Part shown: piece after piece, positions 49,557-63,012 of the stretch | How positions within the stretch are numbered: position 1 is the first letter of the stretch | Layout: each line of letters begins with the position of its first letter | Source of the DNA: Mobula hypostoma | Lineage: Eukaryota | Assembly (NCBI RefSeq): GCF_963921235.1 | Contig: NC_086097.1 | Coordinates: 237,586,001-237,650,000 of the forward strand | Length of the DNA stretch: 64,000 nucleotides | Direction: 5' to 3' | The notes under the pieces: model-generated | Seen by the model: the letters and a program-made list of their open reading frames with translations, nothing else | The model's database searches: none | Told to the model about the DNA's origin: nothing | Made by a program: the position numbers and the translations under genes

Positions 49557-52500
49557 ATAGAACACAGAATAGTACAGCACATTACAGGCCCTTCGGTCCA
49601 CAATGTTGTGCCAACCCTCAAACCCTGCCTCCCATATAACCCCCCATCTTAAATTCCTCCATATACCTGTCCAGTAGTCTCTTAAACTTCACTAGTGTAT
49701 CTGCCTCCACCATTGGCTCAGGCAGTGCATTCCACGCACCAACCACTCTCTGAGTAAAAAAACCTTCCTCTGATATCCCCTGTGAACTTCCCACCCCTTA
49801 CCTTAAAGCCATGTCCTCTTGTATTGAGCAGTGGTGCCCTGGGGAAGAGGCACTGGCTATCCATTCTATCTATTCCTCTTATTATCTTGTACACCTCTAT
49901 CACGAGCTCCCTTAATCTCTGATCATAATGCATACTCTCTAAACCAGGCAGCATCCTGGTGAATCTCCTCTGCACCCTTTCCAATGCGTCCACATCCTTC
50001 CTATAGTGAGGCGTCCAGAACTGGACACAGTATTCCAAGAGTGGCCTAACCAGAGTTTTAAAGAGCTGCATCATTACATCATGATTCTTAAACTCTATCC
50101 CTCGACTTATGAAAGCTAACACCCCATAAGCTTTCTTAACTACCCTATCTACCGGTGAGCCAACTTTCAGGGATCTGTGGACATGTAGCCCCAGATCCCT
50201 CTGCTCCTCCACACTACCAAGTATCCTGCCATTTACTTTGCACTCTGCCTTGGAGTTTCTCTTTCCAAAGTGTACCACCTCACACTTCTCCAGGTTGAAC
50301 TCCATCTGCCACTGCTCAGCCCACTTCTGCATCCTATCAATGTCTCTCTGCAATCTTCGACAATCCTCTACACTATCTACAACACTACCAACCTTTGTGT
50401 TGACTGCAAACTTGCCAACCCACCCTTCTATCCCCACATCCAGGTCGTTAATAAAAATCACGAAAAGTAGAGGTCCCAGAACAGATCCTTGTGGGACACC
50501 ACTAGTCACAATCCTCCAATCTCAGTGTACTCCCTCCACCATGACCCTCTGCTTTCTGCAGGCAAGCCAATTCTGAATCCACCTGGACAAACTTCCCTGG
50601 ATCCCATACCTTCTGACTTTCTGAATAAGCCTACCATGTGGAACCTTGTCAAATGCCTTACTAAAATTCATATAGATCACATCCACTGCACTACCCTCAT
50701 CTATATGCCTGATCACCTCCTCAAAGAACTCTATCAGTCTTGTTAGACACAATCTGCCCTTCACAAAGCCATGCTGTCTGTCCCTGATCAGACCATGATT
50801 CTCTAAATGCCCATAGATCCTATCTCTAAGAATCTTTTCCAACAGCTTTCCCACCAGAGACCTAAGGCTCACTGGTCTATAATTACCCGGATTATCCCTA
50901 CTACCTTTTTTGAACAAGGGGACAACATTCGCCTCCCTCCAATCCTCCGGTACCATTCCCGTGGACAACGAGGACATAAAGATCCTAGCCAGTGAGCCAG
51001 TGCTTCCTAAACCTCATGTCTGCTGCTTTCTTCCACCTGACTAGATTTTCCACCTCACTTGTCACCCATGGTTCCTTCACCCTACCATTCTTTATCTTCC
51101 TCACCGGGACAAATTTATCCCTAACATCCTGCAAGAGATCGCTAAACATCGACCACATGTCCATAGTACATTTCCCTGCAAAAATATCATCCCAATTCAC
51201 ACCCGCAAGTTCTAGTCTTATAGCCTCATAATTTGCCCTTCCCAAATTAAAAATTTTCCTGTCCTCTTTGATTCTATCCTTTTTCATGATAATGTTAAAG
51301 GCCAGGGAGCAGTAGTCACTGTCTCCCAGATGCTCGCCCACAGAGTGATCTGTGACCTGACCCAGTTCATAACCTAGTACTAGATCTAGTATGGCATTCC
51401 CCCGAGTTGGCCTGTCCACATACTGTGACAGGAATCCGTCCTGGACACACTTAACAAACTGTTCCCCATCTAAACCCTTGGAACTAATCAAGTACCAATC
51501 AATATTAGGGAAGTTAAAGTCACCCATGATAACAGCCCTTTTATTTTTGCACCTTTCCAAAATCCGCCTCTCAATCTGCTCCTCTGTATCTCTGCTGCTA
51601 CCAGGGGGCCTATAGAATACCCCCAGTAGAGTAACTGCTCCCTTCCTGTTCCTGATTTCCACTCATACTGACTGAAAAGAGGATCCTGCTACATTACCCA
51701 CCCTTTCTGTAGCTATAATAGTATCCCCCCCCCCCATCCCTTTTAAAGCACTGAAATCCAGGAATATTGAGAATCCATTCCTGCCCTGGTGCCAGCCAAG
51801 TCTCTGTAATGGCCACTACATCATAATTTCATGTCTGTATCCAAGCTCTCAGTTCATCACCTTTGTTCCTGTTGCTTCTTGCATTGAGGTACACACACTT
51901 CAGCCCTTTCACCTTACTACCTTTACACCGTTTTTTCTGCTTCTCTTTCCTCAAAGCCTCTCTATGTGTTAGATCTGGCTTTACTCCATGCACTCCTTTC
52001 ACTGCTCTATCACTCCGGGTCCCATCCCCCTCGCAAATTAGTTTAAACCCTCCGGAACCATGCTAGCAAACCTACCTGCAAGGATATTGCTCCCCCTCGA
52101 GTTCAGGTGCAACCCATCCAATCTGTACAGGTCCCACCTTCCCCAGAAGAGATCCTAATGATCCAAAGATCTAAAACCCTGCTCCCTGCACCAACTCCTC
52201 AGCCACACATTCAACTGCCATCTCCTTCAATTCTTACCATCACTGTAACGTAGCACTGGCAGCAATCCTGAGAATGCCACCCTTGAGGTCCTGTTCTTCA
52301 ACCTTCCGTCTAGTTGCTGAAACTCACACTTCAGGACCTCATCCCTCTTCCTGCCTATGCCATTGGTCCCAACATGTATCACGACTTCTGGTTGCTTTCC
52401 CTTTCATATGTGCACTTTCCCTTGCTGTGCACCCGGTGAGAGACATCCCGGACCCTGGCATCTGTGAGGCAATAAACCATGCAGGTGTCCTTCTCACGTC

Positions 52501-52748
52501 TACAAAATCTCCTGCCTGCTCCCCTGACTATAGAGTCTCCAATGACGACAGCTCTCCTCTTCTCCGTCCCACCCTTCTGCACCACCGGGTCAGACTCAGT
52601 GCCGGAGGCCCTGCCACCGTGGCTCACACCTGGTCGGTTGTCCCTGCCAACGGTATCCAGGACGATAAACTTATTATTCAGGGGAATGGCTACAGGGGTG
52701 CTCTGCACTACCTGTCTGCTCACCTTCGCTTTCCCCCCTCTGACTGTT
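49557..52748 (-). mobile_element. CR1 LINE with ORF1 esterase part, EN and RT, and internal deletions
   Basis: PLNNKF and VVIGDSIVRG (ORF1); GVFYRPP, MGDFNFP, GDSD (EN); 151-aa and 263-aa RT frames. Confidence 0.93.
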
Positions 52749-53362
52749 GTGAGGTATTTGAATGATCAGAAAGTCTTAGATACAAAAAATTAAAATTGGA
52801 GTGTAATTATGGATGGGGGGATAATATTCTTGTGTAAAGTAGGAATATTCTTGTGTAGAGAAGAAAGGTGTTATTTGTTGACTACAACTCAGCATTCAAC
52901 ACTCTTATTTCCTCAAAACCAATAAGCTTCAAAACCTTGGCCTCAATACCTCCTTTTGCAATGGGATCATTGATTTCTTGACTTACAAATCTCAGTCAGA
53001 GCAGATTGGCAACAACATCTCCTCTGCAATGAGTTCCTCCAGCTTTTTGTGTGTTGCTCCAGAGAAAGATATGCTTGCAGTAGGCAGCAACAAAGTTTTA
53101 CGAACTTAATTCCTCCAAAGCAACACATACAAATTACTGGAGGAACTCAGCTGGTCAGGCGAATTCCTCCAATGTGTTTGTTGTTCTCTGAGTAGAGTTT
53201 TACACACTTATACTAAGATAAACAAGCAGATGTTGAATTATGAGACTTAATATGTTTTTATATTCAAAGGATAATCAAAATCCAGATGAGAGGATTGACA
53301 AGATCCCATAGAAGTTTGTAGCTGTTAACAAAACAGAGATGGAAAGAGTAAAAATGGAGGCA

Positions 53363-53597
53363 TTTGAAAATAATGGTGGGGGGAACGTCGACTCAGACAA
53401 TGAGAGGCCTGCGTCGGGCATTTTCATGCCTTACAAGGCACAGATTGGAAGCCTATGTGGGGCACCACTCCTCGCACAAACTAGAGCAATGTGTGATTAA
53501 GTGCCTTGCTCAAGGGCACAAACATGCTGTCACAGCTGAGGCTCGAACTAGAGACCTTGAGATAACTAAACGAACGACTTTACCACTTGGCCACGTG
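53363..53597 (-). mobile_element. CORE-type tRNA SINE related to 22968-23285
   Basis: agcaatgtgtgattaagtgccttgctcaaggg...accacttggccacgtgc. Confidence 0.6.
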
Positions 53598-54274
53598 CTG
53601 AACACAAATAATGGTGAGAATTTGCTAAACTGGGATCATGAGCAAACAAAACAAAATACAATTTAGAGATATGCAAAAAAAAGTTTTAAATTATCTCAAC
53701 TTTCTATAGAATAGTTGGGTTGTGGGGAATTCATTGCATTTGTTAGATCTGGAGCAAACATTGATTTGAGTTTTAAAAGTAGAGGGGCTAAGAAACAAAA
53801 TCTGAGATGTAATAAACTCTCTTGTTGATGAATAGGATGCTTTGCAGCATTTAATTCATTTAACAGTCAAATATAACCATGAAATTCCAAGTAGTTTTAA
53901 TTATTCTCTGATAACTGCAGAGGGATGCAGTTGATGGTGAAGGAATAGAATTGATTGTATGTTAGGGATTAGTGTCAATGCATTTAATCTTCCTATATTT
54001 AGCTAAATAAATGTATAGAACCCCATTGTATTTTTCTTTTGAACATTGAACACAATTATTTTCTGGTTTTTAAAATCCATGCAGGGAAGACTTAAGTTAA
54101 TGCCCCTAAAAATGAAAATGTATTTTTAGTCAAGATATAACCATGCTGCCTATGAGTTATAATAAAATCTACAGAGAAATAACACATAGAAGTAATAAAT
54201 CTCTCAGGCTGGAGGATCAACACCCCATAATCAGTCTAGGTAGCCTTCAACCATGAAAGTCAATTTTCCTTCCA

Positions 54275-54665
54275 GTATTTTTCCCTCCCCCTTCACTCTG
54301 CTTCTATTCCCCACTCTGGCTTCTTAGCTCTTCTCCTCACTTGCCTATCTCCCTCCTACTGGTGCCCCTCTTTCTTCTCTTTCTCCCATGGTCCACTCTC
54401 CCCTCCTATCAGGTTTCATCTTCTCCAGCAGTATACATTTCCAATCCACCCGGCTTCACCTATCACCTTCGAGCTATCCTCCTTCCCCACCTCCCACCTT
54501 TTTATTCTGGCATCTTCCCCTTTCATCTCCAGCCCTGGGGAAGGGTTTCAAACCAAGCTGTTGCCTGTTTACTAATTTCCTCAGATGCTACCTGAACTGC
54601 TGAGTTCCTCCTGCACTTTGTGAGTGTTGCTCTGGATTTCCAGCATCTACAGAATCCCCCATGTT
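54275..54665 (+). mobile_element. Old PLE 3' end
   Basis: Pyrimidine-rich UTR plus terminus gttgctctggatttccagcatct. Confidence 0.7.
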
Positions 54666-54888
54666 AAGAAAATCTACGTCTTATGTCTTATTATGGGTTC
54701 AGTCATGGAGTTTTCATGCAATTCATATTCCTCCTCTGCCAGTTCAAGGCAATTCACTTTGATCAAACCAGGAAGTCAGTAACTCGCGGGCTATAATTAG
54801 TATATAATGTACAAGAGCTCATTTCATCGAAACACTCCATTGAGAATATTGACCTAAACATACATGCTGTATGAGTTGCTTTTCATCA

Positions 54889-55045
<157 letters not shown>

Positions 55046-55063
55046 TTTTACCAATGCTTTATT

Positions 55064-55385
55064 AGAACATAGAACATAGAACAGTACAGCACATTACAGG
55101 CCCTTCGGCCCACAATGTTGTGCCGACCCTCAAACACTGCCTCCCAAATAACACCCCCCGACCTTAAATTCCTCCATATACCTGTCTAGTAGTCTCTTAG
55201 ACTTCACTAGTGTATCTGCCTCCACCACTGACTCAGGCAGTGCATTCCACGCACGAACCACTCTCTGAGTAAAAAACCTTCCTCTAGTATCCCCCTTAAA
55301 CTTCCCACCCCTTACCTTAAAGCCATGTCCTCTTGTATTGAGCAGTGGTGCCCTGGGGAAGAGGCGCTGGCTATCCACTCTATCT
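55064..55385 (-). mobile_element. CR1 3' end, same subfamily as 49557
   Basis: (TTCTATG)n tail and TRGHGFKVRGGKFKGD..GRFFTQRVV. Confidence 0.9.
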
Positions 55386-55453
55386 GACATTATATTTTCT
55401 TCAAAATAAGGACTAGTTGAACTAAAAGCAATTACTTTTTTCAGTATACAATC

Positions 55454-56324
55454 TATTTTGCATTTAATATTTCAATAACATTTGAGTAATCTTGTATATA
55501 CAGTATATTGTTTGATTAAACATTTTTGTTTGTTTAAGTTATGGGTTATATGAAAAAATACATTATTTGTATACATCATTACTCTACCACGTGATATGTG
55601 CGTGCCTCGCTTAAAGTAAAAGTGAAGTTTGACCTTCATTTCAGATTTGCATGTGTTCCTTTGAATTACGAGGGGTGATTGATAAGTTCGTGGCCTAAGG
55701 TAGAAGGAGTCAATTTTAGAAAACCTAGCACATTTATTTTTCAACATAGTCCCCTCCTACATGTACACATTTAGTCCAGCGGTCGTGGAGCATACGGATC
55801 CCTTCCTTGTAGAAGTGGTCCACAGCAGGGGTGATTGATAAGTTCATGGCCTAAGGTAGGAGAAGATAAGTTATTAACTTCAAACTTTCTGCATTATCAC
55901 TCAAAGAGTTGAACTGCACGTGCATGTAACGGGAGCGTCTTGGATCTCCAGGTGGTCCACAACAGGTGTGATTGGTAAGTTTGTGGCCTAAGATAGAAGG
56001 AGATGAGTTATGCAGCTCTTGTTACATGTATGTGCAGTTCAAATCTTTGACTGAAAATGCAAAAAGTTTGAAGTTAATAACTCATCTCCTTCTACCTTAG
56101 GCCACGAACTTATCAATCACCCCTGCTGTGGACCACTTCTGGAGTTCCAGGATGCCGACTTCTACAAAGAAGAGATCCGTATGCTCCACGACCGCTGGAC
56201 TAAGTCTGTAAATGTAGGAAAAATAAATGTGCTAGGTTTTCTAAAATTGTCTCCTTCCACCTTAGGCCATGAACTTATCAATCACCCCTCGTAGTTTAAT
56301 GTTTTGAAGTTACAAAACATAACG
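55454..56324 (+). mobile_element. Short solo-LTR-like element with 5-bp TSD, interrupted by a MITE
   Basis: TSD CAATC at 55449-55453 and 56325-56329. Homologous to 9691-9937. Confidence 0.7.
55669..56291. mobile_element. Mariner-type foldback MITE
   Basis: TA|CGAGGGGTGATTGATAAGTT...AACTTATCAATCACCCCTCG|TA, largely palindromic, with internal copies of the TIR motif. Confidence 0.9.
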
Positions 56325-58285
56325 CAATCTATCTTTGCCTAATTACAATGCAAGAGGGTACTACTGGTCGATTTGATACTTCTGGATATTATGCAGAATC
56401 AAAGTACAACACAGTTGACTACAAAAGCTCAAATGTGAAGTAGTTTCCAAAAGGACTATATCAATGTGAATCATTTGATAGTAATGATAGGAAATGAGAT
56501 TTCAATACAAAACAAGCTCTGAGGATGAACTAAGTTTACCTTGTGGCCAACAATGGCACATGCTTCCTGATATCCAAGCAAGGTAATCATAAGCAAATGC
56601 TAAAATTTCTACAAACAATCAACAGGTCAAGCATATTCTACAAAGTACAAAGTAAATTTATAATCAAAGTACATATATGTCACCATATACAATTTTGAGA
56701 TATGCTTTCTTGTGAATATACTCAGCAAATCCAAGAACTATAATAGAATCAATGAAATATCAACCCAACAGGATGGACAAGCAATCATTGTGCAAATGAC
56801 AAATTGAGCAAATAGAAAATAAATAAATAAACAAATAATCAATAAATATCTAGAATATGAGATGCAGATGAATATAAATTCTCTCTGAATTTATATTCAT
56901 CGTGACGGAACGGAGAATTAATATTTCAGGTTAACTGTAAAATTTGATAAAATGTCATCGATGCAAAATGCTCTTTTGGAAACTGCGCGACTTGCTGATT
57001 ATCTCCAGTAATTTTAATTTCCATTCAATATTTCAGCTACTGTAACACTCCACTGTTGTATTATTGGAAAAGGTTGCTTAAGCTAAAAAATAAAACATAA
57101 CTCAACAAAAGGGTAGAAATGTAATGAAAATAAATTAAAACCAGGGAAGGGATGAACATAACCAAGGTTTTCAAAACACCATACAGTACAGAAAATAAAC
57201 TCTATTTGCTTATGAGAAAAATTTTGGAAATGATGAAATGCATTTTCTATGAAGAGGGCGAAAAAGGAATTTAAAAAGGAACTAGTTTTACTGGAGGAAG
57301 GGAAAATAGAACAGATATGTTGATTGCTTTCTTGAAAATTTGAAATATTATCTCGGGTTGCATTATCTCAGTCCTTATCTGAAGTCATTTTATAGGTTGG
57401 GGAGTAACCTACAATTTTGCAGACTGGATGGTAATCTGACAGAGCAGATTGACTGTCTTTTATCAAGGACACATGAATTCATTGTGGCATATATCAGACA
57501 ACTTCTGCCACGGACCAATTAAGCCAAAGCCATTCCTCCAGGTTAGTGACCAAGCAGCAAGTTTCAATTCACCCCCTTCAGGATTTTTTTTTGTATACTC
57601 AGTTCAGTCTTCAGCCAAAGCATGGAACCATCTGCAATCACTGCATTTCGAGCAGTTTCCTTACAGCTGTGTCAGAGGGGCTGGTCGGAGGCTCGAAGTT
57701 TTCGGATGGACTCAGAGTCCTTCCAATGGTGCTGCATCGGCAAGTTTGCGGCGCTTGGAGGTTCATGGCAAGGAGAGTTCCTCCCTTCTGCCACCTGAAT
57801 GAGATGATGAGGCTATCAGGACTTTGAGACCTTTTTTTTACCGTGCCCATGGTCTGCTCTTTATCAAATTATGGTATTGCTTTGCGCTGTTGTAACTATA
57901 TGTTATAATTATGTGGTTTTGTCCGTTGTAGTCTTGGTTTGTCCTGTATTTTCTTGTGATATAATTCTGGAGGAACGTTGTATCATTTTTTAATGCATGC
58001 ATTTCTAAATGACAATAAATGAGGACTGAGTGTCCTCATAATCTAATCTAAATCTAAAAAATGTGCAGTTTTAATTTACACATTATTTTTCCATTTCATT
58101 GTAACCTATGAATACATTTGTGCTTGGAGTGGTAACTCATTTGGAATGTCTGAGTCCATACTAGTCTATGATCCAGGTTCTCTGGTAATAGACTAACAAT
58201 TCTCAAATTCAGTCTTTGGAAGAAGTACATAATATATGGTAATTTGAAGTTACATGCAATTACCAAACCATTTCTTTCTTTTTGG

Positions 58286-58600
58286 AGTCATAGAGTTATA
58301 GAAACATACAGTACAGAAACAGGCCCTTTGGCCCATGTAGTCCATGTCAAACCTTTTTAACTGCTTGGTCCCATCGTCCTGCACCTGAACTATAGCTTTT
58401 CATATGCCTGCCATATATGTACCTATGCAAACTTTTCATAAATGCTGAAATCGAGCTTGCATGCACTACTTGTGCTGGCAGCTCCTTCTACAGTCTCACG
58501 ACTCTCTGAGTGAAGAAAGTTACCCTCAAATTCCCCTTATGCTTTATACTTTTCACTTTCCACCCTTAACCCATGACCTCTAGTTGTAATTCCACCCAAA
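58286..58600 (-). mobile_element. CR1 3' end
   Basis: Homologous to 26723-27010. Confidence 0.75.
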
Positions 58601-58834
58601 CAGTAGGTTTTTTCTCAATATCTGTTTCTCCAAATTTCTCTGTTTGTTTTAAGTCACTCCAAGTTTTATGAATCAAGTGGAATTGGAATTGTTTTTTATT
58701 GTCACATGTACTAAGATACAATAAAAGTTTGTCTTGGACACAGATCAGTTCACTACACAGTGCACTGAGGCAGAACAAGGCAAAGCATAAATAATGCAGA
58801 ATGAAGTGTAACAGCTACAGAGAAAGTGCAGAGT

Positions 58835-58975
58835 AACACACACAAAATGCTGGGGTAGCACAGTAGATTAGGAAGCACGTACGAAGAGGAGTAAACAGTT
58901 GATGTTTCGGGCCAAGACCCTACATCAGGATTGAAAAGGAATGGGGATGAAGCCAGATTGGGGGGGGGGGGGGGT
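58835..58975 (-). mobile_element. PLE terminal repeat, degenerate
   Basis: aacacacacaaaatgctgg...gatgtttcgggccaagaccctacatcagga. Confidence 0.65.
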
Positions 58976-59569
58976 GCAAGCATGCAGTACAGAGTAGGTA
59001 AACAATCAGGTGCAAGATCATAGAAAGGTTAGATTATGCAGTCTAGAATTCACAGAAAATCTCATTTTCTCCCTTGCAGAGTTCCTTAATTGAGTTTCCT
59101 CCTTGTTACATTGAAGATATTGTTCAAAATATCTAGATGCTTTCTTCTGTTTCAAACAAGGCAATGACTGAGCTGGAGAAAATACGTTGATCCTGAAGGT
59201 TCCATCAGGAAAAGGGAAGTGTTTACCAGGTTTTAGATAGATATGTGGGTTCTGCATGGCTTCTTCTAATATGTGCAAACTGTGCCTGGGGCAGTGATAC
59301 ATATACTTCTACGCTCAAAAGTCCAGGAAGATTGGATGGCATTGTAGGGCAGGGTGGTGGCAGCCGAGCATCTATGAACTTCCACCAGCAGAGAGTTGTG
59401 GATTACCTAGTCAATTCAACATAAAGACTGAATAGAAGAGTTGAAGACTCATCTAAAAGTTAGAGCAGCCATTGAATTACAAGGTATAAAATCAATACTT
59501 TGGGAAGAGTAAAAGATAATCCATTGGTTCTCTCTTTGAGGTTTATGTATCTGTTTACATTTCCTGGGC

Positions 59570-59950
59570 CACTACACTGCATCAAAATAAGCTGCAGAAG
59601 GTTGTGAACCCAGTCAGCACCATCATGGGCACCAGCCTCCCCAACATCTAGGACATCTTCAAAGAGCGATGCCTCATAAAGACAGCATCCGTCATTAAGG
59701 ACCCCCATTACCCAGGACATGCTCTCTTCTCATTGTCACCATCAGGGAGGAGGTACAGGAACCTGAAGGTACACACCCAATGATACAGTAATGGCTTTTT
59801 TCCCTTTGTCCTCAGATTTCTGAATGGACATTGAACCCATGAACACTACCATATTCATTTTTTGAAGAATACTTCATTTTCTTTTTCTTTTTGAACCACT
59901 CATTTAATTTAACGTAGAAAATATATATATACATATTTGTTACTGTAATT
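59570..59950 (+). mobile_element. Rex1/Babar 3' fragment
   Basis: Homologous to 6490-6760. Confidence 0.75.
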
Positions 59951-60109
59951 CAACAGGCCAGGCAGTAGCTATGGAAAAAAAGTATTCTTTTTTTCCTCCA
60001 TTTCGTGTGTGTTGCTTGGAATAATTGAGAGTGAAATGCCTGTTGCTCTTGCAGCATTGAAGAAAATAAATACATAAATAAATAAATAAATAAATAGATA
60101 CATGATGCC

Positions 60110-60312
60110 TTTGACCTTTCCCATCCACCTGGCTTCACCTATCACCTTCCAGCTCGCCTTCTTCCCCTTTCCTTCTCAGTCCTAAAGAAGGGTCTCGGTC
60201 TAATACGTTGATTGTTTACTCTTTTCCACAGATGCTGCCGGACCTGCTGAGTTCTTCCAGCATTTTGTGTGGGTTGCTTTGGATTTCCAGCATTTGCAGA
60301 CTTTCTCATGTA
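60110..60312 (+). mobile_element. PLE terminal repeat, degenerate hammerhead
   Basis: agtcctaaagaagggtctcggtctaatacgttgatt...ggatttccagcatttgcaga. Confidence 0.7.
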
Positions 60313-61237
60313 CATGATGATGATGTTTCAGCCACGGGATGTGATGGCTAATTGTGAGAAGCAAGATTGTATTCTGAAGATAGAGAGCTACAGATCTAAA
60401 GACTGAGTCTTCCAAATAACAATATTGTATTCACCTATGAACAAGTGCTGAATAATGTCATCCTTCAACTGTATCGCCTCACTCACTAATGTACTTGCAG
60501 TCAGTGTTTCATGAGAAGATCAACAGTATCAAATAATTTATTATTTTGTTTTTATGATACTCTTGTGAGAATCTGCCATCAATCATATCTTAATATTAAA
60601 GTGATCATCCAACACAATTCATATGATGAAAGAGCATTCAACAAATTTTCAGACTGAGGCAGACATCAGAATCAAACTTCAAATGCTCCTCTGGCTTGCT
60701 CAGTTCTTGTAAATTTTTGTTTGTCCTTCAGACAGTGTTCTTCTGCAATGCTGGTGCTCTTGTGACAATGTATAATGATCACTGTGAGAGCAGTAATTAG
60801 TCATAAAGCAGAGATCCTGCTGTTGAAGTAAAGGTGTAACGCGAAACTGATTGCCATTACCATCTAAGTAAGGTGAGAGTTCATGGTCTTGCAATCTGCA
60901 TGCCAGCAAGAAGCACGCTTGGTTAATGGAATGATTTTGGTTCATATTAACAGGGTGTTTTTTTCTACATAGAAGGTTGTTGTTCCTCTCTGCACCTTGA
61001 GGTGCATCAGGTGGAAACCTTATTGTTTCTTTGTCCTTATTGTTCCTTATTGTCTGTTTTTTACAAGGCCAAGTTGCTTGCTGTATGCTCAACCGAGCAC
61101 AATGGAAAGTATGCAACGAGCTGGCCGAATTCGAACCCGGGTCCACCTGCCGTGAAGTCTGGTGCGCATGTCGCTACACCACTGGCTGGCTTATACAGAA
61201 GGTCGGGATCCGTAAAAAGAGTGGATTTCATTCTTGA

Positions 61238-61690
61238 AGTCAAAGTCAAGACAAAATAAATCTATTATCATAACTACATGCTATATTCACTACTTTGAGA
61301 TTCATTTTCTCACATTTACAGGAAAATGAAGAAATACAATAGAATTTATGAAAACTATACAGAAACAAAGACTGACAACAACCATTGCAAAAAAGAAGAC
61401 AAACTGTGTGAATAAAAATATATAATACTGAGAAAACAAGTTGCAGATTCCTTGAAAGAGAGTCTGTAGGTTGTGGCATCAGTTCAGATTTGTGGTGAGT
61501 GAAGTTATCCACAACAGTTCAAGACCCTGATGATTGTAGGGTAGTAATATTCCTGAACCTGGTGAAGAGGCTCCTGCACCTCCTGCTCGACGGCAGTAGT
61601 TTAAAGAAGATCACTGATGATGGATGCTGCTTTCTTGCAGCAGTTGCCCTGCAAATGTCCTCAATAGAGGGGAGGGCTCAAATTGCCTCA
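61238..61690 (-). mobile_element. Rex1/Babar 3' end
   Basis: Homologous to 150-600. Confidence 0.7.
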
Positions 61691-62024
61691 CAGGCCATGT
61701 CTGAGAAAAGATGAGTAAAATGTTGTTGCTTTGGATTTCCAGCATCTGCAGAATTTCTCATGTTTATAATTTGCTCCTCCATTGTGAAGTCTCTTTGAGG
61801 GATGCTAGCCCTGAAGAAGTTTAAATCTTCTCCTTGACAGGACATCAGTGAGACCCTCTCTCACTGCTCCCCCCTCTGCGATCTCTGCTGCCTCCGACTC
61901 TTCGATCATGACCTCACCCAGAATCTACCTATCCACCTTCCCCTCTCCCAAACTTTTGATTCTGGCATCTTCTCCCTTCCTTTCCTGTCCTGAAGATGGG
62001 TCTCATCCTGAAACATCCACTGTT

Positions 62025-62735
62025 TATATTGGACTGTTGGAAAATGATGCTGGAGAAGTAGAAATGAGGGACAAAGAAATGGTAAACAAACTGAACAAGT
62101 ATTTTGCATCAGGCTTCATTGTGGAAGACACAGGCATAATGGGGGAAGCCCCAGCTATCAGCGTGAACGAAGTGTGTGAATTTACCATAATTAGAGTGAA
62201 GATTCTTGAGGAACTTGAAGGTCTGAAGGTAGCTAAATCACCTGGATCAGATGGTGTACACCCAAGAGCTCTGAAAGCAGTGGCTGAAGAGATAACAGAC
62301 TCATTTCATGGCTCTGGGCTGGTACTTGCTGAAATTTAGAAAAATGAGCAATGACCTTATTTAAACATATCAAATGCTGAAAGGAATTGATGGATTGGAT
62401 GTGGAGCGGATGTTTCCTGTGATGGGAGAGTCTAAGACCAGAGAACACAGCATCAGAACAGGTGGACATCCTTTTCAAATAGAGATGAGAAGGAATTTCT
62501 TCAGCCATACAGCAATGAACCTGTGGAATTCTTTGCCACAGGCAGCTGTGGAAGCCAAGTCTTATGTATATTTGAGGCAGAGGTTGATAGAGTTTTGACT
62601 GGTCAGGGCATGAAGGGATACGGGGAGAAGGCAGGAGATTGGGGACTGAGAGGAAAATTGGATCAGTCATGATGAAATGGCGGAGCAGACTCAATAAGCC
62701 AAATGGCCTAACTCTGCTCCTGTGTCTTATGATCT
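62025..62735 (+). mobile_element. CR1 fragments (ORF2 piece joined to 3' end)
   Basis: LNKYFASGF...KSPGSDGVHPRALK; DVERMFP...RRNFFS...LWNSLP. Confidence 0.8.
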
Positions 62736-62743
62736 AATTAGGG

Positions 62744-63012
62744 GGGCATGGTTGAGTAGTGGTACAGTACAGTATAGGCAACCTGGGCTCAATTCCTGCC
62801 ACTGCCAGAAGGATTTTGTACATTTTCCCCATGATTGTGTGGGCTTCCTCTGGGTGCTCCAGTTACCTCCCACATTCCAAAGGTATTCCAGTTGGTAGGT
62901 TAATTGGTCACTGTAAATTGACCCATGATTAGATGAGGACTAAATTGAGGAATTGCTGGGCGGTGTGGCTCAAAGTGCCGATAAGGTCTATACCACGCTG
63001 TATCTCAATAAA
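62744..63012 (+). mobile_element. V-SINE
   Basis: V-domain gggtgctccagttacctcccacattccaaa and tail gctgtatctcaataaa. Confidence 0.7.

Noticed and set aside
49718..51662. Reverse-transcriptase ORFs as a retron, DGR or active LINE
   Set aside because: The motifs are standard CR1 EN-RT, broken by frameshifts and deletions, and the catalytic DD is mutated (FAVNTK).
59018..59302. 94-aa ORF in non-repeat sequence as a host exon
   Set aside because: No recognisable domain and no similarity to the expected upstream CSMD3 exon.
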